A stretch of DNA of 61,480 nt, the filler included, from Basidiobolus ranarum (taxonomy: Eukaryota), in the NCBI GenBank assembly GCA_040143965.1. It is 8 parts of 8 records of this genome, joined end to end, with 100 filler letters (N's around TTAATTAATTAA, not from the genome) between each part and the next. Parts side by side here need not be neighbours in the genome. Positions count along the whole stretch, not along the records: positions 1 to 7,621 come from JASJQH010001091.1; positions 7,722 to 15,341 come from JASJQH010001092.1; 6 more parts are not named here. The stretch is one strand, 5' to 3'. Both the position numbers and the translations under genes were made by a program. Below, piece after piece: positions 1-14,480 of this stretch. How positions within the stretch are numbered: position 1 is the first letter of the stretch; every line of letters begins with the position of its first letter. The notes under the pieces are model-generated. The model did no database searches and was not told the DNA's origin. It saw nothing but the letters and a program-made list of their open reading frames with translations.

Positions 1-1258
1 AGAGTCGCTTTGGCAATCTTGAATGCATACAAATAATAACTATTCTCCATGGTATGGTCCATGGGCAACATATGCATTCTAAGGTATTGTGCACTGTTAT
101 GGAAATCATCAAGTTGCTTCTGTGGGCAGGGACTAGAAAGGAGATCAAAAGATGCATCTGGTGGGCTCGCAAGGAGTAGTACGATGGTGATGCAGCATCT
201 TAACTGGGCCTAGATTGATAAGCATCACCTTTGCGTAGCTTCATCTTTGTAGGGGTTACTGCTACTCTCTAGATAGAATCCAGTCCTGATGTCCAAGCCG
301 AGATCTCCAAATAATGGTGATCACCGCTGGCGCACCTTAGAGATGAATAAATACGCAAGAGACGGACTTCCTCTGAAATCAATGGATATGATCAGAATTT
401 TGGACTTCAACAGCGTGGCCAATGAAATTAAGAGCACGTTTGGGAGTGAAGCCCGGTCTTTTCGAGCGTAATGCTAGAGAGCCAATCTCTCACTAAATTT
501 TGATCATCAGAAACAAGCTATCTTTATCATAGACATGAATGAAGATCTAATTCTCTTCTCAAATTCACCAGTCAGCCCTAGCTTCAAAAAGAGGGTGCAT
601 GGTTCTACATCAAGAAATGAAGGTGTTAGGAGCTGCAGTGCAGGAGGCCAGCTATCCTTCTATCGGTGAACTGCTGTCAGCACCCGTCTTGAGTGGCACG
701 GGGTAGTGGTATCTACATATCCATAGCGACACGGCACTTGTATCCATGTATTTTTAGCGGTAAGAAGCAGCTCCATGTTGCTCATTGATTGGCTCTGCGG
801 CTGCTGTATGATTAAACAAGATACCTAATATCCTGAAGGATATCTCCCACTAATTTAGCTCATTCGGTATTTCCGTGCTCCCACCTGTTCATACTGGCGC
901 AGCAGCTAGCAGCTATCAGTCATCTGGTCTCGCATTAATTAAAATCTTCACTTATCCCTTACATCATTTCAGGAAAAAGTAAAATTCAATTCTCCCATCT
1001 CATTCGACCGAGTAGGGAGGAGGGATAATACTAGTGAGATATACCGACCACATTGATTAGCCTGAAGATCTTGCTAACGTTCTTTAGATTATTTGAACGA
1101 GGTATTCGTAGTTACGCTCTTATACTCCCTATATTTAAAGGAAATCCTTAATTTTCACTCGCTTGAATTCCTTTTCATACCACGAGTATCCACAGTAGAC
1201 TGATTCTTCTATTACCCCACATCCCCTTCAAAGCTTTCTTTCGAGGAAATCTCGTTCT

Positions 1259-2972
1259 ATGCTCAAAGTTTCCAAGTCAAACACTACAGTTGGTCAAAAT
1301 CTAGTCGGGCTATGGCGACCTACCTTTACTCGAGTTGATAAGCGAATCTATGTATTTGGTGGTGGTGGTGTAGTTACAAATGAATTGCATTCACTTGACA
1401 TTCAAACCTTAATTTGGACCACACATAAGGTTAGTCCTCTAAGCAACTTTCAACGAGTATTCGACTAAACCAGCTCTAAAATAGGATGCAACAGGGAAAC
1501 CCCCGTCTAAACGCTACGGACACACATCCTCTTTGTATGGGGAGTATATCATTATATTTGGTACGTTCAGCACCGATTCGTAACCGATTTACTCCGGATG
1601 TTGGTTGACCTCTCATTGATATAGGTGGTTCAAATGAGTTCCAGGAGTATTGCAATGATTTAGTGCTATATGATATTCAGAAAAAGGCATGGATTCATCC
1701 TCACATAAACGGGGCCAAAGTGGCGGCCAGGTATCTTCACACTGCAACGGTATACAAAGACAAACTATACGTGTATGGAGGATTCGCACGGAATTCTGAC
1801 TGTAAGGGTTCTTCGTAATTGGTAATTGGGAACTAGACACTGATATCACTTTGGAATTAGGTACTTACGTGCTGGATGAACTTAATATCCTTGATCTGGC
1901 GACCTTCACTTGGTCAGAACCGATTTCCGTTCCACCCCGATACAATCACTCAGCCACAATCGTTGGTGAAAGGATTTACATATACGCAGGTAAAGATGAA
2001 TCGGGCTCTACAGTGGACGATCTGTTCTCCTTAGATCTTCGAAATCTGAAGGTTCATCCGTGCTTTGGAGTCACCGGTAAAATTGAGCTTCTCAAATCGC
2101 AACACTTCACAGAGGCGGTTGGGGATCGGTTACTTGTATTTGGAAAATACATATGTGAATCTGTACCTCAATCTGCATATGGACTGTGGACTTTGGACTT
2201 GATTACGTTAAGATGGAGTCAGCTGGACTGTAAGTCCGCCTTGGCTAATGGAGTGTGGAACTACTTCACAATAATGGAGGATGAGTCCAAAGACCATACT
2301 AACCTACTACTCCTTGGTAACACGGAGAAGGTACGACCAACGCCATATGACCATTTCCGGGATTTGTTATCGTTGAATTTGGAGTCGTTTGGTATATGGA
2401 CCATTCCCCCGTCCACGATCAACTCGGATTTCGCATATTTATTAAATGAGCAAGAGCTTAGTGATTTTCAAATAGTCACCGAAGAAAATCGCTCTATCTA
2501 CGTGCACAAGGTGATTTTAGTGGCTAGATGGCCTCATTTTAGAAGTTTATTGCAGAGCAACATGTCAGAAATCAATGGTGGTAGAATGAAAGTAGAGGAG
2601 TCCTACCCAGTGATGCATACCTTTTTGAAGTATATTTATCAAGACTCCTTTGACGAAGAAACGCCATGGCATATCACCGCCGACGTACTGGTATTGGCAG
2701 AGATGTATATGGTACACAGACTGAAGAAGATATGCGCCAATCTTCTGTATCACAAACATCTTCGGGTGGAGACTTGCGCTTATATTTTTCAACAAGCAGT
2801 TATGTCGCAGGAGGAAGGGCTCAAGGTCCTAGCAGTTGAATTTATCTTCGAGAATTATGGGGCTGTTATGAAGACTAGTGGGTTGTTGGACATGCCAGCA
2901 CACATTCGTGAAGATTTTCTTGAGTGTGTGCCTGATGAGGCCACACTTACAATCATGGCCAAGAGAGCGTAG
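1259..2972 (+). CDS. Kelch-repeat + BTB/POZ protein (LZTR1/Mds3-like architecture), 4 exons
   Basis: Exons ~1259-1429, 1485-1560, 1625-1801 and 1861-2972 are joined by GT-AG introns. Kelch repeats (IYVFGG, RYGHTS..IIIFGG, RYLHTA..LYVYGG, RYNHSA..IYIYAG) are followed by a BTB domain (SDFQIV..IYVHKVILVARWPHFRSLL). Confidence 0.9.
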
Positions 2973-3633
2973 ATTCTCGGGTCTAGCTTGATTAGCTCTT
3001 GCCTTTGATAATAGTTTCGGAGGATCCGGCCACCAAGCTATACCGAATAGCCTGTGTATAGAGAAAGTAGCACTCATTGTATTTAAGGAGGGACCTTTTC
3101 TTTTTATAGAGTTTCCAGTGAATTTTTTTCTACCTTCCAATCTAATAGCACTTTATTTACTAATTAATATCAACCCAAACAGTCTTATTAATTCTTGGTG
3201 TATTTCTTTCGATGAAATCTCAATTTTTCTTGGACGTAGACCAATATATTCGCAAATCTCATCGGATTTCTTTTAAATGAACCGCATTGATATTCCCTAT
3301 AATACCACAGAGTTCCCGCTCCCAAGTTATAATGAAACTCAATCAAGAGTGGAGCGAGAAAATAAACATGTATCTATACACATATATATATGAAAAATCG
3401 ACTGAATAATGGTGTCGAGTCTTTGTATCGAATGGTATTCGATAAATGGAACCTATGGTTTACTTGAATATGTTGAATTTACGAAGAGAAAAAGGAATGA
3501 AGTAGATGGATTATTCTGTGGCGGGTGTGAATGCTTGTTCTGCCATTTGTTGCATTTGACGCCTACAACGAAAAGTGATGTTAGAGGGATATCTGATTGA
3601 CTTGATACGTAAACATATATCCAACAAGAATAC

Positions 3634-4390
3634 TTACATATCTTTTCTCTTTGCGTATAGCATCTCTGTCTCTGCCAAAGCTTCATCTTCTTTTTCGATT
3701 GCCCATCGTGTAGAACTCTTGGCCATATCCGCACCAAAGTGCTGTGCTTGTTGTTTAGCGATCATGAGCTCAGTATCTTCGCGAGATTTGATTTTATAAA
3801 ATTCTGAAGTAGCCAAAACATAAGCTTCACGAGTGGTATATCCTTGTGACATCAAGTGAAGTTGATACTGAACGACACTAAAGAGTAAGAGTTAGAGTTG
3901 GTCAGTATACTTATTAAGTTAGCTTATTTCTACAATGGGAACAAGGTGATAGGAGGAAATAAAAACCATACCTTTCTCCATTTACTTCCTGTGGTTTCTT
4001 TCCGTCTTGTGTGGCCAACTGACTCCAATCGGAACGGTTTTGTCCGTCGGTTTCTATCAGCATACGAGGGCGTAAAAGCTCTTGTGGATGATCCTTATAA
4101 AATTGGCGTCTTAGTTTATCTTCAGGGTACTCGATCTTGGGTGGTTTCACGGTCTTATATTTCATCCATTTTCTAACTCTTTTAACGGGGTTTCCCTTGA
4201 ACTTTTGCTCTTTATCTTCAAAAGATAAGGTACCGGTAGTATCGAACTTCGAAACAGAGCGAACGATACTTGGGCCAGGTGGAATTCTTCTTACTGCCGA
4301 TAACCAAGCAGGTTCATCTCTGATAAGTTTACCTTTTAACAAACGGGAAACAGTTTTATGAACGTCAGTGGGTGCTTTCCTAAGAGACAT
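3634..4390 (-). CDS. RSM25: Mitochondrial small-subunit ribosomal protein mS23/Rsm25
   Basis: PAWLSAVRRIPP and PPKIEYPEDKLRRQFYKDHPQELLRP, one intron (~3878-3971), then VVQYQLHLM..EAY..A..EFYKIK, typical of the mS23 family. Confidence 0.85.
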
Positions 4391-5432
4391 GAGTGTAAAA
4401 AGAAAGAAGTGGGAGGGGAGATATTTGACAATATCCAGAGACTTGGTTTCAGTACGAAGGTAAGAAAATCTGTGAATGAAGGGTAGGAGTGAATGCGGTT
4501 ATAAATATCACTTTCACTAACACAGAAATCAATCAAAATCTTACACTTACTTGAATATGCCAAGTGTAGTTACCTGCTACATCCATTGAATCGCATTGAA
4601 AACTGGGGGTTCCCTTTTCAAGAGTGTAAAAAAATTTATTGCTAAATTCGAGTACTAACCACTTTTAAGTCTACGTGCATATGATTGAGCACGGCATGTA
4701 TGATTAACGATTCAAAATTATTTGTTTGGAGTCCATCAAATGATTTTGGCCAAATGAACAGTTCAATGTTAGACTGATACAGCATCTGTCTGATCTCAAT
4801 ATTGCATAGATTGGAGCCAGGAGGAAAGAATAAGTGTGTAAAGGTCAAGAGAGTCAGGGTAGATACGAAGATATTAGTAAGGACCTAGTGCAAACTAAGT
4901 ACACTAACAAGTAACAGCAATGCTACTCTTCTTGCCTAGGATTGTATCATATGCCAACCTCAGCCATTCCCTTATGAGTCAGTTCGCAAGCTATTGTTCT
5001 TAATTTATTTAAAAGGTGAGTAATTGAGGAACAAGTATCCGATTAGATTGCATTAAACCGTTTGCATAAATCCAGACTACCTCATCATCATACATAAACC
5101 AATACATAATGCATATATGCCCTGATTAAACCTCACATTTGATGTCTCCACTGCAAAAAGAGTAGTTCATAACGGTCGCGATGGTGAGGAATTTCCCTCA
5201 ATCAAATGTAATTGGGGGTTACAGTATAAGAAAAACTACTCCGCATGTTCTCGAAAATCAAAAGTGCTTATTTCAAAGTCACACAAGCTCCATCTACCTG
5301 CGATCCCTCATCATTGAAAGTAAATATTAAAGATCCCATAAAACACATAATCTCAATGGTGAAAAGTGAGTTTTATTGATGAATTCATCAAGGAAATCTT
5401 TCATTTCATATATATAGCAACTTCTTTGCAAG

Positions 5433-5774
5433 TTATCCTGACTTGAACAAAAGGATGGCAATCTGTCCAAGGTAAAAGTAGATGAAATGTTTGGTTTCTA
5501 ACAAGAAAAGTTGAAGAAGAATTAATATGAATGGAGCCAAGATTCCGATACAAAAAGAAATTCTCCTACCATGTGTTACATATGAACCAAAGCTTCTACC
5601 TACGATACAATGCCATACTGGGTTGTATTTTTTGTCGAATTCCCGCTTGATGTATGCGGCTATATCTTTTTCGATGGTATATTTTTCCATAGCTTGGTTC
5701 GCGCACTCGATAGCGTCCTGCTGCATTTCCTCAGTCATGTCAGCATTTTTTATGGTTGCTTTACGCTCGGTCAT
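5433..5774 (-). CDS. DYN2: Dynein light chain LC8 (89 aa after removing the 72-nt intron 5498-5569)
   Basis: [69 protein letters not shown]. Confidence 0.97.
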   Translation of the reverse strand: MTERKATIKNADMTEEMQQDAIECANQAMEKYTIEKDIAAYIKREFDKKYNPVWHCIVGRSFGSYVTHGRRISFCIGILAPFILILLQLFLLETKHFIYFYLGQIAILLFKSG

Positions 5775-6369
5775 TTTAGGTAGGACTAGCTTAGAAAAAG
5801 GAAAGGGTTAGATGAAGTGAATTTTGAATAGATTGACGAGTACAGGTGATTTGTAAGAGTATGGAAGTTCCAGCGAAATAGTTATAAAGAAAATTACCTG
5901 TTCTCAAGTCTAGTAAATTAACAAAGGTTGTTAGCTAACTTTGATTCATCCTATGTATTCCAGAAATTGTAAGAAATAATTAAGGCCCGGGATAACCAGG
6001 GTTAATTGTGACTCGAACCCCATGGTTTGGATGTTTTGATAAATTCAAATGAAACAGTTGGCTCACCAAGTGGCATGAAGGCAATGTAAACAATGCGCTT
6101 GAAAGTTACATTTGCTGATGATTTTCAACCCTTGTGGGTTAAATAGACGACTCGATTGAATGCTGTTGGCAATGTATTAAGCATGGAACTTAAGATATAC
6201 TTGGCTAATAGTGCGTTTACTTAGAACATGGAATGTACAGTGTGACTTTCCTCTTCGATACGCGAGAAAAGGAGAATCCAATGGTAAATGAAAGTCTACA
6301 AACAAATCAGCAATGATTTAAACAATTTGAAGTGGAGTATTTAAAGTTGACTTATATGGAAAGAAGCCT

Positions 6370-7621
6370 TCATTCTGCATCATTTTGCCTAACTATTAAA
6401 TCGTTTAAAGTCTCATCATTTGAAATATCTAGGTTTTTTTCATTTGCTAAATGTAACAAACAGATGAAGCAGAAAGATATGGAGATGTCCTGTAACTTAT
6501 TTTGCGGATATGCTTGCTTTAAAGTTGTAATAACATCTGTAAACTTTTGTACACCTACTTTTCTTTCTTCTGATTCCTCCATGTTTTCAAATTCACTAGA
6601 TTCTTCCGCTACCAATCCTTTCCAGATATTATCTTTTAACATCTTTACATCGACTTTTTTGGCAGTCTTGGCGTAATTCAAATGAGCGGCCTTGATCAGT
6701 TTAGGCTGAGTGACAAGTTGTTCACCAATGTCAACTCCAGTATAAACATTAGGGAATGGTAAGCCACCGTCCTCATCCAAATCATTATAGAAATTGGAAG
6801 ACACTTGCATTGCTATTTGACCTTGTACCTTGATTCCTTGATTGAAGCTCAATTCGAGACCAGCCTTTTCTTCGCCAAACACAGCACCTTTCAAATCTCC
6901 ATTACTATCAAACACACATCGTTTCTTGGTGAGCATTGAGATTTGAGGTTTAATGAACAGAGTAAGAAGATTTTTTGAGGAGAACTGCATATCGTCGGGA
7001 AGCAGGGTTTTTGCTGCAGATTTCTCGGAGGGCTTTGCTAACATAGTGTTATTACATTTGGTGAATAGCTGCCTTTCATCAATATTTTGAGAACTGATGA
7101 AATCGACTTGGAATGGCTTCTCCTGCATCTTTTTTTGCTTTTCACCAGGGAGTTCAGAGTTTCTTTTCGAAAGTCGTTGAAGCTTCCAGTGTGCAGGGCC
7201 AGCCCAATTTTTCAAAAAAGCGTTATCAAAGTAGGAATAAATAACGTCTCCGTTGTTGGCCATAGGTACAAAATCAACACCGAAATGATTCCGGCTTCCT
7301 TGGTCAATAACCTGCAGATTATCGCCATCTTCCAAATTTGTAGGCTCATAGTTGTCATGCCCGAAGAATGGAGCAGTGTGATTTTCGTCGTTATCATCTT
7401 CGCATGATTCATTTTCGCCAAAGTCTTCGATCGCTTGCTTAAGAACATCGATATCGGGAGAAGTATCTGAGGCTAGTTCAAAACTTTGAAGACAAGGACA
7501 TATCTCTCGACTCAAAAAATCGTCAAAGTCATTAAGAAATCTATTTCTAAGTTGATCAATGTCGATCTCGCAAGGGTCTTGATCAAACGTCAAATCTTTA
7601 CCTTCGAGTGCTGTAGCGTCG
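6370..7621 (-). CDS. BRN1: Condensin kleisin subunit Brn1/Cnd2/NCAPH, 3' part (cut by contig end)
   Basis: NWAGPAHWK, LLPDDMQFSSKNLLTLFIKP, YAKTAKKVDVKMLKDNIW, ISISFCFICLLHLANEKNL. Confidence 0.93.
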
Positions 7622-7721
7622 NNNNNNNNNNNNNNNNNNNNNNNNNNNNNNNNNNNNNNNNNNNNTTAATTAATTAANNNNNNNNNNNNNNNNNNNNNNN
7701 NNNNNNNNNNNNNNNNNNNNN
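7622..7721. other. Artificial contig linker (N-run, TTAATTAATTAA, N-run); also at 15342, 23048, 30740, 38431, 46116, 53799
   Basis: An identical 100-nt spacer with a six-frame-stop core occurs seven times, and genes are cut off at the junctions. Confidence 0.98.
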
Positions 7722-8000
7722 GCTAGAGTGGAGCAGCTCGAGCATAAGTTTGCGTCCGTTAATTCTAGATTTCTTTCACCACTTTACGTTGTTTATTTTA
7801 ATACATATAATTCTGGATTCAATGGAATGGTAAATCCATGATCATACAGGTGGGGGAACCCAGCGTTTATGCAATACTTGACCTCTACGACGTGCTAAGG
7901 ACAGGACAAGGGAATGTCCGCTTAAAGACTCAACGGCATTTTACAACACTAATAGGGAATGATGTAGACGCATGACAGCAACGAATAGTCCATATGCTCT

Positions 8001-11000
8001 TTACGAATCCGTCGATTGGTAGAGGCTTCCTTTGTTTAATCTACGTCTAAATCTATTTTCTCGCTTGGGGACTTGTTTTAAATCTGAGATATGTCTCATT
8101 GTTGGCCTACCATGTGGACAGTTCTAAGATTTAAATCGGTTGAGAATGTTAGCTCTTCTTCAAGCTATTCATTGATACAATTGACCTACCCATGGTTGGT
8201 CGATTTCGGCCATATGTCTAACGATCTGGATATATTGTAGTTAGAAGAAATTCGCTTGCAAACTTATATTTGAATTCTATCGTACTTGCTCCATTTGCCT
8301 CTTAGTTAGCGGATCACCAATCATGACTGCACTTCTACAGGCTCTAGAAGCAAACATTTTTCGGATCCGAGAGAACTTGACAGAAACTCCAGGGTTTTCA
8401 GTCAGAAGGTGGATTAGCTCTTCAAGGTCTAGGATAGTAATGAGATTTTAGGTCAAGCCAGTAAAAAAGCGAGTTAATAAAGAACCTTGAATCCCAAATT
8501 CCAATTTCTTGCTATAAGGAACAGTGAGAAGCTTGATTCGTTTGGTGGGGGGCTTATCAGGGTCATATTCAATCTCGAATCCATTCTCTTTGAGGATATG
8601 GGAATATTCTATAGCGACTAGCTCATCAGCTGCGGTAAGCTCCATTGGTTTGGGACTGTATAGCATCATTAGTATAAGAAATTCACTACATTATTGTAAC
8701 ATTTCTTACATGAAAAGTTTCTGTGTCTGTATGACGGTTCCTTTTTGTAAATTCTCAAATCTATACTTTTCATCTGATGCATGTTGGTCAATGATAAAGA
8801 GGTCATTTCTCTTGGAGTCTCTCAAATTTGCGATAATAAACCCAAGATTAAACTGCCCAATGATCTGCATATTAAGGAAATCATTTTTAGAGATCACCCG
8901 CTGTAATACCAACTCCGCTTTCTCACTATCTAATTCGTCGAGATTTGCCCCGGCAAGCTCATCTGCATGTTCGTCGAGTTTTGTGTCGCTCCGATCACTT
9001 TTGTCGGATAATGAACTGTATCGGCCCATGTCGAAATGAAGACGAAGAGAGTTTGAGAACCCGAGATTGTTGAGTTTTAAAGGTGAATCGTTCAACTCCT
9101 CGGTAAAAGAACTGCTTGTTTCCGAGCTGACACCTATATGTAAGTCTAAGGCCAGATCGTCGTTGGATGAAAATTCCGCCTCAATACTTCTGCTATCCAG
9201 TGTAATAGACGATTTCGTTGCAGATGAAGATGTATACTCAGAATCGGACCGAGTGCTGGATTCATTGCTGCTCTTGTGTCTTTTTGGTGGTTTGATGATA
9301 GTTGAGATCACTCGCGATGGTTGTGAGAATTCAATGACAGGTTCCTCTTCGTATTTTGGCAATGGCCGTTTTCCGTCGTTAAGAGTAATGGGGTGTAAAA
9401 CATTGTTAGAGCTACTTTCTATATTAAAATCTTGGATTTTGTAGCTCAAAAGGTTGAATTCTTCTTTTAAATAGGTTTTGGCTGCTGGTTCAATTTCCTT
9501 TGAGAAAAACGCGCCAGGAACTTGATTAGCAGAAGCATTGTTCAATGCGTCTTTCTGGATATCCCGTTCAATCAAAAGAGTGTCCTCATTCACTTCGGTT
9601 TGGCAATCAATTACTTCGGGTATATCAATCTCCAAAGTCTGGCTTTCGATAATTGTATCATCTTTGATGGATAAATTCAGCTCAGTGCTCTCCGATATTG
9701 CCATATATGATTGGATTGAAGCGGTAGTAAAAGTGGACCTAAATGGTTGGAATAGAGTATCTAGTTGTTCCTAAGAAAGATTGATGCATTGGATAAGTCA
9801 TGCTGTTTCCTGCTGCACGTTGGAAGTTACCTTTAAGTTCTCGATCAAGTCTTTCTCATTGTGAAGATATATCGTTCGCTTGTCCGGAGTTACATTGACA
9901 TCATAGCAGCCTAGAAATCGGCATCAGGACATGAATCACAGAAAATACTCTAACGAATACCAACCTGTATCAATAAGGATATTGGCTACCACGAAGGGAT
10001 ATTGCCCAGAGTTACATGTTCGGTACACTTCATTAAATACTTTCGCAATCTAAAAAACAAATGAGTGATTTCTTTGCGATAAGACTCTATGATTCAAACA
10101 TACTTTAGGAAGGTCACACGGACGTCCATTGATGTAGAAAAACTGTCTATCTGGGCTGCTTCGACCGGCGCCTCCAATTGGCTTGGAGATGTGTCCCAGA
10201 ACTCGAATGCTTTATAGATGCCATACAACTGTTAAGATTATGCCATATTAAAGAAAGTGCTTCAACTATTTACTTCGTCATAGTCCCATTCACGGGAAAT
10301 TCAATTTCCAATGGTATTAACTGCGCCGCTATTTTTGCACCGAAAATATTCGTCAGATTCTCCAGGAAAGTTCTGTTTCCTTTGGTAGATAAAGCGATTT
10401 GGCGAGCACTGTTGTAGTAAAGATTCAGTTTCTTAGTAAAAGATATATTCTATAAAATTAAAGCTCACCCTTTGTGTGGCTGATTACTCAAGACAAATTT
10501 CACGTTTTCCGATACGATTGCATATGCTTGAACTAGTGTTAAGCATTTTCCATATTCCCTTTTCGAATTCTTTTTGAATTCTTTAAAGCGTACTGGCAGA
10601 GTATGAAATAACTTCTGAACTTGAACTGTCACGCCTTTCTTTAAATTGGATCTTCGTGTTATTTCATGAGGTTAAATGAGTTTGATCGCCTTCACAGCTT
10701 ACCTCACGGGCACAAGGTGTCGTTTTTTGGATTTTACCGTTGGAATCAAATTCCAATTTATTTCCTCTAGGCGCTTGCGCCCTTGTTGCCGTAGTAATAC
10801 ATACGTTACCGAGTGCACACAACGAGCTTAAAGCTTCCCCACGGAAGCCGAAAGAGGATACACCAGTAAGCTCATCGAAATCACGCAACTTGGACGTATA
10901 ATGCTTCAAAGCTAACACTCGGTTAGTCACTTAGAGCCAGTTTGAACGAGAGAAAGTAGGGGTTTCCAAAAACCTACCAATAGTATCATAGTCTTCGGGT

Positions 11001-11265
11001 TCGATCCCATTTCCATTGTCAACAATCTCTATCAAATCCAATCCACAATCACGTAGTTTTATTTCTACAGGGAAATTTGGTCCTTTCATATTAATATGGT
11101 TTTTTATGTGCAAAGAAAAATGTCAACAGGAAACATACCTATTGTACTTGAACCAGCATCTAAACTGTTCTCTATTAATTCTTTCACAGCATTCGCCAAA
11201 TTTAATACAACTTGTCCCGAACAAATCCTGTGGACTGTAAGCTTGTCAATTGCCTTGATCGACAT
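8001..11265 (-). CDS. PMS1: MutL-family mismatch repair endonuclease Pms1 (human PMS2 orthologue), ~13 exons
   Basis: GHKL ATPase motifs ([30 protein letters not shown]), DVNVTPDKR, endonuclease motif [24 protein letters not shown] and [11 protein letters not shown]. All introns read GT-AG. Confidence 0.96.
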
Positions 11266-11920
11266 GACTAAATTGGAAATGACCTTTTTGTAGTTGAGCT
11301 TTGCTCTAAACAAGAGAGGATTGCTTGTTCACTTAAGAAATGAAGAATTAGATGAACATTTTCCCGCAGTCCCAATCTGATGTTTATTATTCCATCTCAC
11401 ACATATTGATTGGCCAAGCTTGATCTAGTTTGTTTAGTTTGTGCACGAAACAAAAAAGATGACTGACTCAGTTACGCTTATAATTGTGATGGACAGCAAA
11501 CAATAATTATACTCATTCTTTAGTATAGACTCGAAAGTTGCATGCCTTAGGGTACTCATTGCCATTGTATTGGTGGATCTATAGAAGTCTAATACTCCTG
11601 ACCATCTACCAAGGGTTTGTATCTATTATTACACATGGCTAACAAGTCAGTGCTCGGAAATCAGTACTGTTGAAACTGTCTAAAGGAATTCCAGGAGGTT
11701 TATTATTGTCTAATGATTAACGATAAACGGAAATTAAATAAATTATACTACTTGGGTATTTTTTCATAAAAAGTGTCTAACATGAGCTCTAATAGAAAGG
11801 GCAAGCTGTTGGGTATTACAAGTCAGAGCGTTACCTAATCTATTTATGGTTATAGTATATGGCCCGAAGGTCAATATTTCAATGATGATGAAAGGTCTTG
11901 CGTTCCGTAGTGCAATCGGA

Positions 11921-12794
11921 TCAGAATTTCTTTTTCTTCTCATCTACTGAGAACCCACCCGGCCCGGTATTTAGTAAAAGAATGAATCCACCAACAATAC
12001 TCATTATCTGGAAAAAATTATACTTGACAAAATTACGTGTATCAGCATCCTGACTGATTGACCACCAATTGTTCATAATGACATTAAACAGAACTAGAAA
12101 GACGGCCATCAAAAGAGCAGAATATTTAGCTTTAAACCCTATCGCCACCATTAATGACATAACAAAGCCAATCCCTGAACCGATTAGCTTCAAGATGGAC
12201 ATTTTTCCGTTCAAGAAGAAGGAGCCAAAAAGAAGTACTAGAAGAACACGTCCAAATAATGCGAAGTATGGACTACGATCCAACTCTTGAACTGTGGGTA
12301 GTCCTCCAAATATTACCTTGGGTTTACTGGGGCTTTCTGATAGTAGCATAAGAATTCCACCTAGCATGCTGATGTTACGTAAGAAGAAACTCCACTCCAT
12401 AAATAACCCATAGCCAAGAATCTGGGATGTGACTGCTGCAAACAACGCAATAACAGCATAATGCATCCGAATTTTAGCGATAGCGAGAAACGATCCTATC
12501 AACATGAGCTACAGAAAAATTAGCCACCCACTATTTAGTCAATTTTATCGGTATCGAAGTACTCACCCCCAGGTTTAAGGCTAAAAACAAATGACTAGCG
12601 CCTTGATAAAAGCTACGGTACTTCTCTAAATAATTCAGCTGTTGATCCCATTGTGTGTAAATACGTAGAGAATCTTCCAAGAAAGCCGACACTAAGAGAA
12701 ATCTCCCCACAAATGGAGCAATGTTTTGGAAGCGATTCATTGGATATTTTATACGGCGCTCGAATCTGTGAACCATCTCCTGAATCGTTTCCAT
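11921..12794 (-). CDS. ERV29: SURF4/Erv29 ER cargo receptor, copy 1
   Basis: GRFLLVSAFLEDSLRIYTQW, FFLRNISMLGGILML, FFQIMSIVGGFILL..GPGGFSVDEKKKKF with C-terminal di-lysine; one intron ~12510-12566. Confidence 0.93.
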
Positions 12795-13923
12795 TTCTTT
12801 TTTGTTTATTTGTAACTTTCGACTACTGAAGAACAATTGCTAGAACTAGGATTAATATGAAAAGAATCACACAGGTGAAAGGGAGTACTATGGTGTACTG
12901 ATGGAGTTTTGCCTTAAATACTTTTGAACTCAAGTCGCATGCTTAACTGCAGACTCAACGCTGTTAACAACAGGCAAAGCAGGCGCCCAAACGCAGCTGA
13001 GCGGAGAAATCTGCAATATCAAATGTCTCCATTGTTTAGTTGTCCTGTATCCTGCATGTAATATTTCCTTTTAAGTAGAGAAATAAGCAGACTGGCACAT
13101 TCTTGGCAAATAGCTTTAAATGAAATTGGGAATATGATTGGAATTATATAGCACACTTGGCATGTGACAGTTATGGGAGATACAACGAGCTTCACAGATG
13201 TATTTCTACAGGTATAATACAAAGCACACCAAGATCCAATATTTTACCATCTCAGACAAACAAGCCTTTTCCAATTTTCAACCGTGTTGACGAAGTTAAT
13301 CAGCCATGTAGATGAACTTTAAGATGGAAACCAACTTCATATCAAGGATTGCTTGCGAGTTACTTCATGGCCTTGAGATCCCTTAGCCATGGTTGATTTT
13401 AAGGGAAGTTTTTCATCCCTTACCCTCAATTATTCTTACCACACGCCTATTGATACAAGAAAGTCAAATGCGAAAAAGATAGCCTCTACTGCAATAAGGC
13501 TGTTGAATCCCAAGACGGGGCTCTTTTAATTACTAAGATTGGCCACTATACTGTCATAACTGCGTACCAAAAGATTTTTTATCTCATTGGAGTGACACAT
13601 GCATGTAGCGGTAATACAAAAGACGGAGACTTGTTCCAAATGTTGCTCAAAAATGATTGCAATCGCAAGATAGCCTAACCAATTCAAACAAACATATTGG
13701 GAAGCATAGAATTGAAACCGTCACGAGTAAGATATTCTTTACTTCGAACTGTTCGAGTATTATTCCATATAATGAATTCGACTCGGGCACAAAATATGTT
13801 CTCTAGGTAGGGTTTGGTTTGTATATTTGATGCTAATTTTCAGTTACATGATTATATATGCGCACTCAAGGAGGGGTAATTATGTTAGCTCTAGGGTATT
13901 CGAAAGCACCAACACCACAAATC

Positions 13924-14480
13924 TTAATATTTCTTCTTCTCATCTAAAGAAAGCGTACCAGGGCCAATATTAATTAGTAATAGTAAACCACCTACGATAC
14001 TCAATATCTGGAAAAAATCGTATCTTAAGTAATCTCTTGCCGGATGATTGTGATGAATGGACCACCAATTGTTCATCAAAATGTTAAAAGTTGTTAGAAA
14101 GAGAACCAATAGAACCGCTGAGGCCTTCACTTTGAAGCCAATTATGATCATTAGAGCAAACATTATTCCCACAGCTGATATGGTCAAACTCATAGGAGAG
14201 GCTTGTTGAGGAAATACCAAGTAGAGAAATAATACGATCAATAAACTTCTTCCAGCCAGCTGATAATATCTACTAGGATCAATATGGTATGGAGAGAGTA
14301 GACCTGGAAAGCTAGACTTGGGCTTGTTTAAGCCCTCTGCCAGTAGAATAAGCAGTCCACCAAGAATACTAATATTTCGGAAAAAGAATTGGAATTCCAG
14401 AAATAGCCCATAGCCTATTATTTGGGAAATCACTGCCATAAACAGAGCACCTACAGCAATTTTAATATAGATAGCTCTTG
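13924..14480 (-). CDS. ERV29: SURF4/Erv29 paralogue, copy 2 (5' exon not found; possibly truncated)
   Basis: FFFRNISILGGLLILL and RDYLRYDFFQILSIVGGLLLLINIGPGTLSLDEKKKY. Similarity to copy 1 stops near 14480. Confidence 0.8.

Noticed and set aside
1..800. Short ORFs (e.g. 289-471) and a LINE-like IWWARK fragment
   Set aside because: No coherent domain or splice model could be supported.
6005..6025. B-box-like GGTTCGAGTCAC on the minus strand
   Set aside because: No A box or cloverleaf; a single imperfect motif.
7666..7677. Regularly spaced TTAATTAATTAA repeat resembling an array
   Set aside because: Artificial linker inside N-runs, not CRISPR or biological.
8524..9774. Long plus-strand ORFs opposite PMS1 (similar shadows opposite BRN1, SURF4, 18674 and arrestin)
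   Set aside because: Antisense shadows of real genes.
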